This document shows positions 48,815 through 59,900 of a stretch of 64,000 bases of DNA, in pieces; positions within the stretch are counted from its first letter, which is position 1, and every line of letters starts with the position of its first letter. A model generated the notes under the pieces. The model made no database searches, was not told the origin of the DNA, and saw only the letters and a program-made list of their open reading frames with translations. The position numbers were made by a program, and so were the translations under genes. Origin of the DNA: Macrostomum lignano (lineage: Eukaryota); the NCBI GenBank assembly GCA_002269645.1, contig NIVC01000566.1, positions 310,001-374,000 on the forward strand, given 5' to 3'.

Positions 48815-50176
48815 TGCGAGATTTTCTCTGTAAGGCTAATTATTCTAAATTCAAAAGTAAGTAAAGTAAGTTAGCTGCTAAATTACTTGGGAAAATGATC
48901 AATTGTTTTAAATTGTTTCTTAATAAAAATTTTGTTTAATACTATATTACTTATACAGCGTGTTTATATTATGAGAATTAGTTTACATTGAATTTGCCGA
49001 TCTAAACATCAGCTGATTAAACAAATATACTTACATTAAACGAAATGACAGCAAAAAGTTGAACTCTAAAAGAAAGCAGTAATACATTTGTGTTTTATAC
49101 TTGTAATACTGTCATAAATTTAAGACAAATAATTCAATCGCGTTTCGAGTTGCAGAACTCACTCCAATTTTAGTAAATCTTTAAATTTTAAAAAATTGCC
49201 TTCGTTGTTCATAATTGCAAGTCATTTAAGGTAGTGAAATCAGCTAACGAGTAATTGTTCAGCTTGCGCTTACTGAAGCGCAACTGTTTACCCTACATGC
49301 AGTGTAATGTAGCTTCACTAAGCACACAATTGGATTACTTGCCAGAAAGAAAAATCAAGTATTAAGGACAAGGCCAAAACTGGCAAAAATTAGCGACAGC
49401 TGACGCGGAACGGAAGATGCAAAAAGAAGCACGCACGGAGACTAGCTGGGTAACAGCACTCGAATAAGTCTCCGCGGGCCTGTCAAGACTGCAATTTTAT
49501 TTGGTTTGTTCGCAAACAAGAAACATAAGATCAAAGGGAAACAGCTTAAGCTATGAATTGCGTATTATCGGAGCAAAATTAATTTGTAGAGCAAACGAAC
49601 GTGGGTGAAATTGCAACGGCCCTTTAAGTAATAAAATTAGTATTTTACTTTAATTATCGAATAGTAAATCCAATTCAAAGAGCCGCCAAAGATACGAGCT
49701 GAAAAGCAATCCAGTTAGTAGTCAAATATAATTAATTGAGTACAGAGAAACTGGCGGTGAGTGCGAAAACCGGGGGAGAAGGAGATTAACAGGGCGGGCA
49801 GAGAATGGCAAAACTCCGTAAGTACAACAACGGGACGATGGACTACTGAATAATAAAATATGAAAAAAAACAATTTAACTGGCTAAACATTTTGCGGTTG
49901 GATTGACGAAGAGCTGCGCTAAAACGGGAATGAGGAACTGAGATATAAAACAGTTATAGAGAGATCAATTTAATGAGACTTAAACACAGAAATACTCCGC
50001 AGAGTAGTACTTGGATTATACACAAAATTACACACAGAAGGCGGATACTCGTATAAACAAATGTTTTTGTTTTTTATTTTTATATTTTTATGCATATAAA
50101 AGGGATGTACTGTGATTAAGACAGTTTACTGCAGGCAAGCCAGGCATGACAGATGGGTAGATTTTAACGCACAAGA

Positions 50177-50178
50177 TT

Positions 50179-50262
<84 letters not shown>

Positions 50263-50290
50263 CTAAGACACACAGACAGACAGACAGACC
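50177..50290. repeat. (CAGA)n microsatellite
   Basis: Direct. Confidence 0.97.
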
Positions 50291-50440
50291 ACTACCAGGG
50301 GCAGGGACGAGTCAGACAGCCAAGAACAATAAAAATACTATTGTATATAACAGAGACTAGCAAATCCATAGGAAAATAATGCAAACTCGCAAATTACGCC
50401 GAACACGGGGATATTAAAGTCAAGAACACACGGAGCGGCG

Positions 50441-50825
50441 CTACGGCACCTGGCCGGACTCCAGGTGACGCACGTAGTCGCGCAGCTCCTCCACGCATTG
50501 CTGGCCGATCTCGCGAAGCGTCTCCTTCAGGGCCGACCGGATCCGCGACTCCAGCTGCGGGTCCTTGCTGATGAGCATCTTCACCACTATGGTGAAGGTG
50601 TCGCAGTCCTGCCTGTACGACTCCTCCAGTTCGGCCTTCTTGGCACGCAGTTTGCCAAGGCTCGACTCCGACAGGCTGCGGGAGCTGCTGGCCGGCGCGC
50701 GTCCCGGCGACTTGGAAGCCTCGGCGGCGTCGGCCGCGGTGCTCGCCTTAGCTAGAGACTCGGCGACCACCGACTTCGACGGCGCCGGCGGCAGCGGCGA
50801 ATCCGGGGGCGACTCCCGCGGCGGC

Positions 50826-50857
<32 letters not shown>

Positions 50858-51784
50858 AGGAAGCGGGGGAGGCGGCGGCAGGTCGCGAGGGGCGGATGAA
50901 GATTTGTCCCTCCTGCCGCTGCCGAGGCTGCTGTTGCGATCGAGCCGCCTGCTGCCGCTTCTTTTGCTGCTGCGGCTTCTTCTGCCGTCGGAGCTGCTGC
51001 CGGAGCTGCTGCTGCCGCTGCTGCTGCGGTGCCTGCGTTTCTTCTTGCGCTTATTGCGCTTGCGGCGCTCCGACTTCGACGCCGGGGCAGTCTGGCTTGG
51101 CGGCGGGGATGGTGGCGGGGGAGTCGGCGACCGAGACCGAGCCATGGACCGCGACTGGGACCGAGCCATGGACCGCGACTGGGACCGGGACCGGTCAGAC
51201 ACAGACCGGGACCTAGAGCGGGACCTGCTTTGGGATCGGGGCCGGGACCTGGACGCGGATCTTGAGCGGGACCGGTCGGGCGAACGAGATCGCGATCGAA
51301 CTCGGCGGAATCGGCCGTCAGAAAACTGCTGCTGCTGCTGGCCGTAGCTGTAGGGCGGCCTGCCCGGTCCGCCGCCCCGTCGGCCGCCGCGGTTGTAGGG
51401 CGGCCTGGCGCCGACGCCACGAATCCGCTGCAGCCGGTCGCGCAGCTCCGGATCGTTGCGCACCCGCTCCCGCGCCTTCAGCATGTCGCGGAACCACACG
51501 ATGCTGACCCGGTTGCCCAGCAGGCTGTTGTCGTGGTACTTCTCCAGCATCTCCTTGGCGACCTCGTGGGTCTCGAAGCGCAGAGCCACGCTGACAAACG
51601 CCTTGTTGTTGGTGTAGGTGAAGAAGTCGATGGAGCAGCTGTGCCCCTTGTCAACAAAGAACCGGCGCACATCGTCGGCCCGGACTTTGGAGGACAGGCC
51701 GCGGATGTAAATGCAGTGGCGCGAGGGCGTCACCAGGGCCGGGTCGATGTGGTCGCTGCCGCTCATTGGCGCTCCTCGCTGCAT
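50441..51784 (-). CDS. PPHLN1: Intronless RRM + RS/Pro-rich protein with a periphilin-1-like C-terminal domain
   Basis: 447-aa ORF (a second ATG lies at 51766). RRM with RNP2-like IYIRGL, RS dipeptide tract and poly-Pro, ending KKAELEESYRQDCDTFTIVVKMLISKDPQLESRIRSALKETLREIGQQCVEELRDYV. This matches the periphilin C-terminal motif (YRQDC.TF..VVKMLI.KDP.LE...AL...L.EIG..CVEEL) as recalled. Confidence 0.85.
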
Positions 51785-51809
51785 GAATGTTTTGTAGCCT
51801 TGATTGAAG

Positions 51810-52400
51810 CTATGGGGCGATTCCAGATGTTCAGGGGCGATTCCGGATGTTCAGGGGCGATTCCAGATGTTCAGGGGCGATTCCGGATGTTCAGGGGCGA
51901 TTCCAGATATTCAGGGGCGATTCCAGATATTCAGGGAAGGGGGTTCTAGATATTCAGGGGCGATTCCAGATGTTCAGGGAGGGGGGTTCTAGATATTCAG
52001 GGGCGATTCCAGATGTTCAGGGAGGGGGGTTCTAGATATTCAGGGGCGATTCCAGATGTTCAGGGAGGGGGGTTCTAGATATTCAGGGGCGATTCCAGAT
52101 GTTCAGGGGGGATTCTGGATGCTTCGGGGCCGATTCTAGATATTCAGTGGCGATTCCAGATGTTCAGGGGCAATTCTGTATATTCAAGGGCGATTCTAGA
52201 TGTTCAGGGGAGATTCTAGATATTCAAAGGCGATTCCAGATGTTTAGGGGCGATTCTAGATATTCAAGGGCGATTCCAGATGTTCAGGGACGATTCTAGA
52301 TGTTTTGGGGCGATTCTGTATGTTTTGTGGCGATTCTAGATATTCAGAGGTGATTCTAGATGTTTTGGGGCTATTCCAGATATTTAAGGGGAGATTCTAG
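51810..52400. repeat. 20-bp minisatellite (gatgttcaggggcgattcca) immediately upstream of the periphilin-like ORF
   Basis: Direct tandem copies decaying distally. Confidence 0.9.
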
Positions 52401-52714
52401 ATGTTATAAGTTATGCTTGGGGGCTATTTAAGACAATTATGGATATTCCAAAGTTATTTTGTAACATTTAGAGCCAAGCAACAAATTGTCTTTGTTAAAC
52501 GCCCTCTACGCTGCCAGAGTCAACAAAAATAAGCTGTTGTCTAATAATCGGTAAAACCGCGGCTTGATAAAAGACAAACTACGAGTAAGAAGTATATTTA
52601 AGGAAACAGCGCATCCTCGGTTGAGAACGAGCTCCAGATGAGGCTCTCAACAGGTGAGTCTCTGATATAACAAAAAGATATCTGTGGCACTATGAGCGAT
52701 AAGGGTTGCTTGGA

Positions 52715-53020
52715 TGTTGGTGTGGGATTGTGGGGATCTGGGTGTGGGATTGTGGGGATGTGGGTGTGGTATTGTGGGGATGTGGGTGTGGGATTGTAGG
52801 GGTGGGATTTTAGGGATGTGGGTGTGGTATTGTGTGGATGTGGGATTGTGGGGGTGTGGGTGTGGTATTGTGGGGATGTGGGTGTGGGATAGTGGGGGTG
52901 TGGTATTGTGGGGGTGTGGGTGTGGGATTGTGGGGGTGTGGGTGTGCTATTGTGGGGACTTGGGGATGTGGGATTGTGGGGATGTGGGTGTGGGTGTGTG
53001 GGGATGTGTGTGTGGGATCC
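52715..53020. repeat. GT-rich low-complexity repeat (gtggg-based)
   Basis: Direct. Confidence 0.85.
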
Positions 53021-53374
53021 GGTAACTTCTGAAGCAAAAACTTAATCAAGAAAAGAGACTAAAAAAGAACAATAAAAAATGAAAAATATTTAAAAGTAAG
53101 ATCCAGTCTGACTATACATTTAGTTTTTTGTGCATACAAAGCTGAAGCTCAGAACCAAGCCAAGTGTTTAGCATATTCTATGCGGTACAATGTAAAAAAC
53201 TTGCAAGCCTTCCGATAAGGCAAATCGATAAGAACAAACAGGCGGGTTTAGAAAAAAATTAAGGGTAATTCGGTAAAAAAGGCCTCGAATTCTAAGTAAA
53301 ACGAAAAAAATTTGTATAAAATCTCAAGCAAGGCGCTCATTTATAAAAAATGGTTTGGTGGCCTCAAGTGACAA

Positions 53375-53720
53375 GATGAAGGGAGGTGTCAGTGAAGGCG
53401 GGGAGATGAAGGGAGGTGTCAGTGAAGGCGGGGAGATGAAGGGAGGTGTCAGTGAAGGCGGGGAGATGAAGGGAGGTGTCAGTGAAGGCGGGGAGATGAA
53501 GGGAGGTGTCAGTGAAGGCGGGGAGATGAAGGGAGGTGTCAGTGAAGGCGGGGAGATGAAGGGAGGCGTCACTGAAGGCGGTGAGATAAAGGGAGGTGTC
53601 AGTGAAGGCGGGAAGATGAATGGAGGTGCCAGTGAAGGCGGGAAGATGAATGGAGGTGCCAGTGAAGGCGGGAAGATGAATGGAGGTGTCAGTGAAGGCG
53701 GGGAGATGAAGGGAGAGATG
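53375..53720. repeat. 30-bp minisatellite (gatgaagggaggtgtcagtgaaggcgggga), about 11 copies
   Basis: Direct; gives the repetitive MKGGVSEGGE ORF. Confidence 0.93.
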
Positions 53721-53919
53721 AACTCAGCAAAGTGGCAGACTACCAAGCAAAACAAAAAATACAAAGATAGAAAATTTGGCTTAAAACTATTAAGATCGAA
53801 GCGAAAAGCCGCTCAGAAGGGAGTGAAAGCATCACAAAAATCACAGCCTTGTTTTATATCGAGAGATTCCGTGTAAAAAAACCCATAGAAAAATCAAACT
53901 GTCTGACTCTGTGAGTCTG

Positions 53920-56900
53920 TCACACAATGTGGCCATCGTACAGGTCGATGGAAACTGAGCTCGGCACCGCGGCGACAGCCATAAAAGTCGGACTCGACGG
54001 TGTTTCCAAGCCGCTGAAGGCCGCGTTGCTAAGGCCGCTGTTGTCATGGTTGGCGTTGCTAAGGCCGGACGATGCTTCGCCCGGGGCAGACCCGATGGGG
54101 CGCTCGTCATCCATTGAATTGGAGAACAGGTCGCGGTGCACCGAGGCCTGAATTGGCAGTTCGGATGGGGATGAACAGCAACCAATTTCCCAAACTTGCA
54201 CCATCTAGCTGAGATCTTGCCCCACACTAGGCACCTCCCTGAGCCCCATAGCAACAAGCATAACACGAACCCGTGTCAGCTGCTCATCTGTGGTCAGCAG
54301 CCGGGCCAGCGGCAGGCAGACAGGCAGGCAGGTCTCAGTCAGCAGCGGCCGGGCGTGGGTGAGCAGAGGCTTCAGAAATCTGCAGAGCGTTGGTTGAAAA
54401 TTAATTTTAGCAAAGCGCTGAAGTTGGAACGTCAAAGTGGACAGCGCGATTCCAAATTACAGAGAGGCGTTTTGAAGGGAAGCTGCAGAGACTGTCGGTT
54501 CCAGCCCGTCTGGAAGTGCGGCTTCCAGTTTAGATTTTATGATTCTGGAGGGTGTGGGTTCCAGCGGTAACCTTGCTCCGTTTCGGGGAATGTGCTTTTC
54601 AGAGGGTGTGGGTTCCGGAGGGTGTGGGTTCCGGAGGGTGTGGGTTCCGGAGGGTGTGGGTTCCGGAGGGTGTGGGTTCCGAAAGGTAGTGGGTCCTAAA
54701 TGGTGGTGTGGGTTCCGGAGGATGTGGGTTTCGGAGGGTGTGGGTTCCGGATGGTGTGGGTTTCGGAGGGTGTGGGTTCCGGAGGGTGTGGGTTTCGGAG
54801 GGTGTGGGTTTTAAATGATGGGTCTCGGAGGGTCTGGATTCCGAATGTTGTGGGTCTCGGAGGGTCTGGGTTCCGAATGTAGTGGGTCTCGGAGGGTCTG
54901 GGTTCCGAATTTAGTGGGTCTCGGAGGGTCTGGGTTCCGAATGTAGTGGGTCTCGGAGGGTCTGGGTTCCGAATGTAGTAGTGGTGTGGGTTCCGAAAAG
55001 TAGTGGGTTTTAAATGGCGTGGGTTTCGTAGGGTAGGGTGTGGGGTTCGGAGGGTGTGGGTTTCGGAGGGTGTAGGTTCCGGAGATAGTGGGTTTTAAAT
55101 GGTGGGGGTTCTAAATAGTGTGGGTTCTGGAGGGTGTGGGTTCTGGAGGGTGTGGGTTCTGGAGGGTGTAGGTTCCGGAGACAGTGGGTTTTAAATGGCG
55201 GGGGTTCTAAACAGTGTGGGTTACGGAGTGCGTGGGTTCCGGAGGGTGAGGCTTGTCAAGAATTTATCACCACATCGAGCTTCACCAGTAATAGCCCTAA
55301 TCCCGCACAAGCAAACATCGGACACTGCTCTTACCGAATGTCCAACAGGTGCCAGAGCCTCGCCAGCCGTCCCTCATATTTGTGATGAGCGCCGCGGCGG
55401 CACAGACTGCCGCTCACCGCCTGTTCTTCGCCGACTTCGGCGGCGTCAAAGTCGTCTGGGGCGTCGGCGGCGGCTTCGACGCCACCTGGCGAATTCTGCG
55501 GGAATTTTCAACGACTGATGTGATTTCGAATGTGAATCGTTAGAAATAGCTGGACCCTTCTGGGTGTGCCAGCAGAATTCAAATTAGTTCATTAGTTAAA
55601 AACCATCGGTTAGTGAGCTGCTGACCATAAGGGGGCAGAGCAGCTGACCCTGGAGCCACGACCCCAGGTTTAATTCCGTGGCTTTTAACAGTAGAAAGAC
55701 CACGCTGTTTTTCCCCATGGGGAATGTATTACAAATACACACAACCAAATTTTTCACCATAGCTCGCAAACCGAATAACCGATTTTCGTAAAAGTCCACC
55801 ATTTGGATTAAATTCCCCCCCCCTTTCCAACGAATTAACTTTCAAAGTCATCCGACGTCAGCATCGTCAAGATATTCAACGATTCTTGTCGAAGACACTG
55901 GTGGAAAGGACAACCAACACTACACTGTATAAACCTTTATGGTGAATCCATATTGGCTCAATAATCTGGGTCCATCTGTCGGAGAGGCCTTTCTTCTCAG
56001 CATCCCAGGAACTAGGGTCCCCTTCATCACCGTCTGGAGCATCGGCGGCGACCGTCGGGACCTTCAACAAAAGCACCCGATCGGCATCGCAGAGACGGCT
56101 GCGTTCCCGAAACTGAAATGGAAGAATCCTCTTCTGCATGCAGCATTCAGTCAGTAGACATAATCGGTGAATGAAATGGACGATGGCGACCCTCTACGTT
56201 GACCTGTAGACATACAAGCGACCTTCGGGACCTTCAACGGAGTGCCACAACGCGGCCCCGACGAACTGGCACCCCCAACATCGTGAATTTTCTGTCAAGG
56301 CACCAAACCAGGCATGTCTGCATATTATACATTGGTCCTGCACCATGTTCAGCATTCAGCTGTCTGGACGACCTTCGGGACCTTCAACAGAGTGCCACCA
56401 CGCGGCCCCGACGAACTGGCACCCCCAACATCGTGATTTTTCTGTCAAGGCACCAAACCAGGCATGTCTGCATATTATACATTGGTCCTGCACCATGTTC
56501 AGCATTCAGCTCTGTCTGGACGACAGAGGCACCAAACCAGGCATGTCTGCATATTATACAGGAGTCAGCCGAATGGGCAGGATTGCATCTAAAGGTAGCG
56601 GGAGGGAGCCCGCAGTCCTGCAATTATGGTTAAATTGTTATTATTATTATTTATATTACTCTGCTAAACGTGAAGACTTTAACACTTGGGCTACATGTAG
56701 GAGTAATGCAGGTGAACAATCAGGCAGTTAATTACTAATGAGGCATTGTTTACCCTGCTCGACAAGAGCCAATCGGGTGCGGGCACTGGCGGTAGCAATG
56801 GAAAGCAGAAAGAATGCAAAGCTTTAACAGTTATAATAAAAAAGCAACCAAAAAATTGCGGGTTATTGAGAACTAGTTACACTAATGCGGTGCACTGTTC

Positions 56901-59900
56901 ATGAATGAAAGCTAACTAAAACTACCTGTTGAACCAGGCAGTAGCTGTCCGAGCTGACCGCATCGCCGCACTATAAGATAAAGCAATTACAGGAGGTTCA
57001 GATTCCCTACTTGCTGGATCTAGAGGCGTCTCTAGGAGGTTCAGATTCCCTACTTGCTGGATCTAGAGGCGTCTCTAGGAGGTTCAGATTCCCTACTTGC
57101 TGGATCTAGAGGCGTCTCCAAGGAGGTTCAGATTCCCTACTTGCTGGATCTAGAGGCGTCTCCAAGGAGGTTCAGATTCCCTACTTGCTGGATCTAGAGG
57201 CGTCTCTAGGAGGTTCAGATTCCCTACTTGCTGGATCTAGAGGCGTCTCCAAGGAGGTTCAGATTCCCTACTTGCTGGATCTAGAGGCGTCTCCAAGGAG
57301 GTTCAGATTCCCTACTTGCTGGATCTAGAGGCGTCTCCAAGGAGGTTCAGATTCCCTACTTGCTGGATCTAGAGGCGTCTCTAGGAGGTTCAGATTCCCT
57401 ACTTGCTGGATCTAGAGGCGTCTCCAAGGAGATTCAGATTCCCTACTTGCTGGATCTAGAGGCGTCTCTAGGAGGTTCAGATTCCCTACTTGCTGGATCT
57501 AGAGGCGTCTCTAGGAGGTTCAGATTCCCTACTTGCTGGATCTAGAGGCGTCTCCAAGGAGGTTCAGATTCCCTACTTGCTGGATCTAGAGGCGTCTCTA
57601 GGAGGTTCAGATTCCCTACTTGCTGGATCTAGAGGCGTCTCCAAGGAGATTCAGATTCCCTACTTGCTGGATCTAGAGGCGTCTCTAGGAGGTTCAGATT
57701 CCCTACTTGCTGGATCTAGAGGCGTCTCTAGGAGGTTCAGATTCCCTACTTGCTGGATCTAGAGGCGTCTCTAGGAGGTTCAGATTCCCTACTTGCTGGA
57801 TCTAGAGGCGTCTCCAAGGAGGTTCAGATTCCCTACTTGCTGGATCTAGAGGCGTCTCCAAGGAGGTTCAGATTCCCTACTTGCTGGATCTAGAGGCGTC
57901 TCCAAGGAGGTTCAGATTCCCTACTTGCTGGATCTAGAGGCGTCTCCAAGGAGGTTCAGATTCCCTACTTGCTGGATCTAGAGGCGTCTCCAAGGAGGTT
58001 CAGATTCCCTACTTGCTGGATCTAGAGGCGTCTCCAAGGAGGTTCAGATTCCCTACTTGCTGGATCTAGAGGCGTCTCCAAGGAGGTTCAGATTCCCTAC
58101 TTGCTGGATCTAGAGGCGTCTCTAGGAGGTTCAGATTCCCTACTTGCTGGATCTAGAGGCGTCTCCAAGGAGGTTCAGATTCCCTACTTGCTGGATCTAG
58201 AGGCGTCTCCAAGGAGGTTCAGATTCCCTACTTGCTGGATCTAGAGGCGTCTCCAAGGAGGTTCAGATTCCCTACTTGCTGGATCTAGAGGCGTCTCCAA
58301 GGAGGTTCAGATTCCCTACTTGCTGGATCTAGAGGCGTCTCTAGGAGGTTCAGATTCCCTACTTGCTGGATCTAGAGGCGTCTCCAAGGAGGTTCAGATT
58401 CCCTACTTGCTGGATCTAGAGGCGTCTCCAAGGAGGTTCAGATTCCCTACTTGCTGGATCTAGAGGCGTCTCTAGGAGGTTCAGATTCCCTACTTGCTGG
58501 ATCTAGAGGCGTCTCCAAGGAGGTTCAGATTCCCTACTTGCTGGATCTAGAGGCGTCTCCAAGGAGGTTCAGATTCCCTACTTGCTGGATCTAGAGGCGT
58601 CTCTAGGAGGTTCAGATTCCCTACTTGCTGGATCTAGAGGCGTCTCTAGGAGGTTCAGATTCCCTACTTGCTGGATCTAGAGGCGTCTCCAAGGAGGTTC
58701 AGATTCCCTACTTGCTGGATCTAGAGGCGTCTCCAAGGAGGTTCAGATTCCCTACTTGCTGGATCTAGAGGCGTCTCTAGGAGGTTCAGATTCCCTACTT
58801 GCTGGATCTAGAGGCGTCTCTAGGAGGTTCAGATTCCCTACTTGCTGGATCTAGAGGCGTCTCCAAGGAGGTTCAGATTCCCTACTTGCTGGATCTAGAG
58901 GCGTCTCTAGGAGGTTCAGATTCCCTACTTGCTGGATCTAGAGGCGTCTCCAAGGAGGTTCAGATTCCCTACTTGCTGGATCTAGAGGCGTCTCCAAGGA
59001 GGTTCAGATTCCCTACTTGCTGGATCTAGAGGCGTCTCCAAGGAGGTTCAGATTCCCTACTTGCTGGATCTAGAGGCGTCTCCAAGGAGGTTCAGATTCC
59101 CTACTTGCTGGATCCAGAGGCGTCTCCAAGGAGATTCAGATTCCCTACTTGCTGGATCTAGAGGCGTCTCTAGGAGGTTCAGATTCCCTACTTGCTGGAT
59201 CTAGAGGCGTCTCTAGGAGGTTCAGATTCCCTACTTGCTGGATCTAGAGGCGTCTCCAAGGAGGTTCAGATTCCCTACTTGCTGGATCTAGAGGCGTCTC
59301 TAGGAGGTTCAGATTCCCTACTTGCTGGATCTAGAGGCGTCTCCAAGGAGGTTCAGATTCCCTACTTGCTGGATCTAGAGGCGTCTCCAAGGAGGTTCAG
59401 ATTCCCTACTTGCTGGATCTAGAGGCGTCTCCAAGGAGGTTCAGATTCCCTACTTGCTGGATCTAGAGGCGTCTCCAAGGAGGTTCAGATTCCCTACTTG
59501 CTGGATCTAGAGGCGTCTCTAGGAGGTTCAGATTCCCTACTTGCTGGATCTAGAGGCGTCTCCAAGGAGGTTCAGATTCCCTACTTGCTGGATCTAGAGG
59601 CGTCTCCAAGGAGGTTCAGATTCCCTACTTGCTGGATCTAGAGGCGTCTCCAAGGAGGTTCAGATTCCCTACTTGCTGGATCTAGAGGCGTCTCCAAGGA
59701 GGTTCAGATTCCCTACTTGCTGGATCTAGAGGCGTCTCCAAGGAGATTCAGATTCCCTACTTGCTGGATCTAGAGGCGTCTCCAAGGAGGTTCAGATTCC
59801 CTACTTGCTGGATCTAGAGGCGTCTCCAAGGAGATTCAGATTCCCTACTTGCTGGATCTAGAGGCGTCTCTAGGAGGTTCAGATTCCCTACTTGCTGGAT

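Noticed and set aside
50565-51347. 260-aa plus-strand ORF and other overlapping ORFs
   Set aside because: Antisense shadows of the low-complexity RS/Pro coding region.
53324-53876. MKGGVSEGGE / PPSLTPPFIS repeat proteins
   Set aside because: A 30-bp minisatellite open on both strands; no splice or domain support.
57360-59422. Repeated small ORFs [17 protein letters not shown]...
   Set aside because: Frame-cycling translations of the 43/44-bp satellite.
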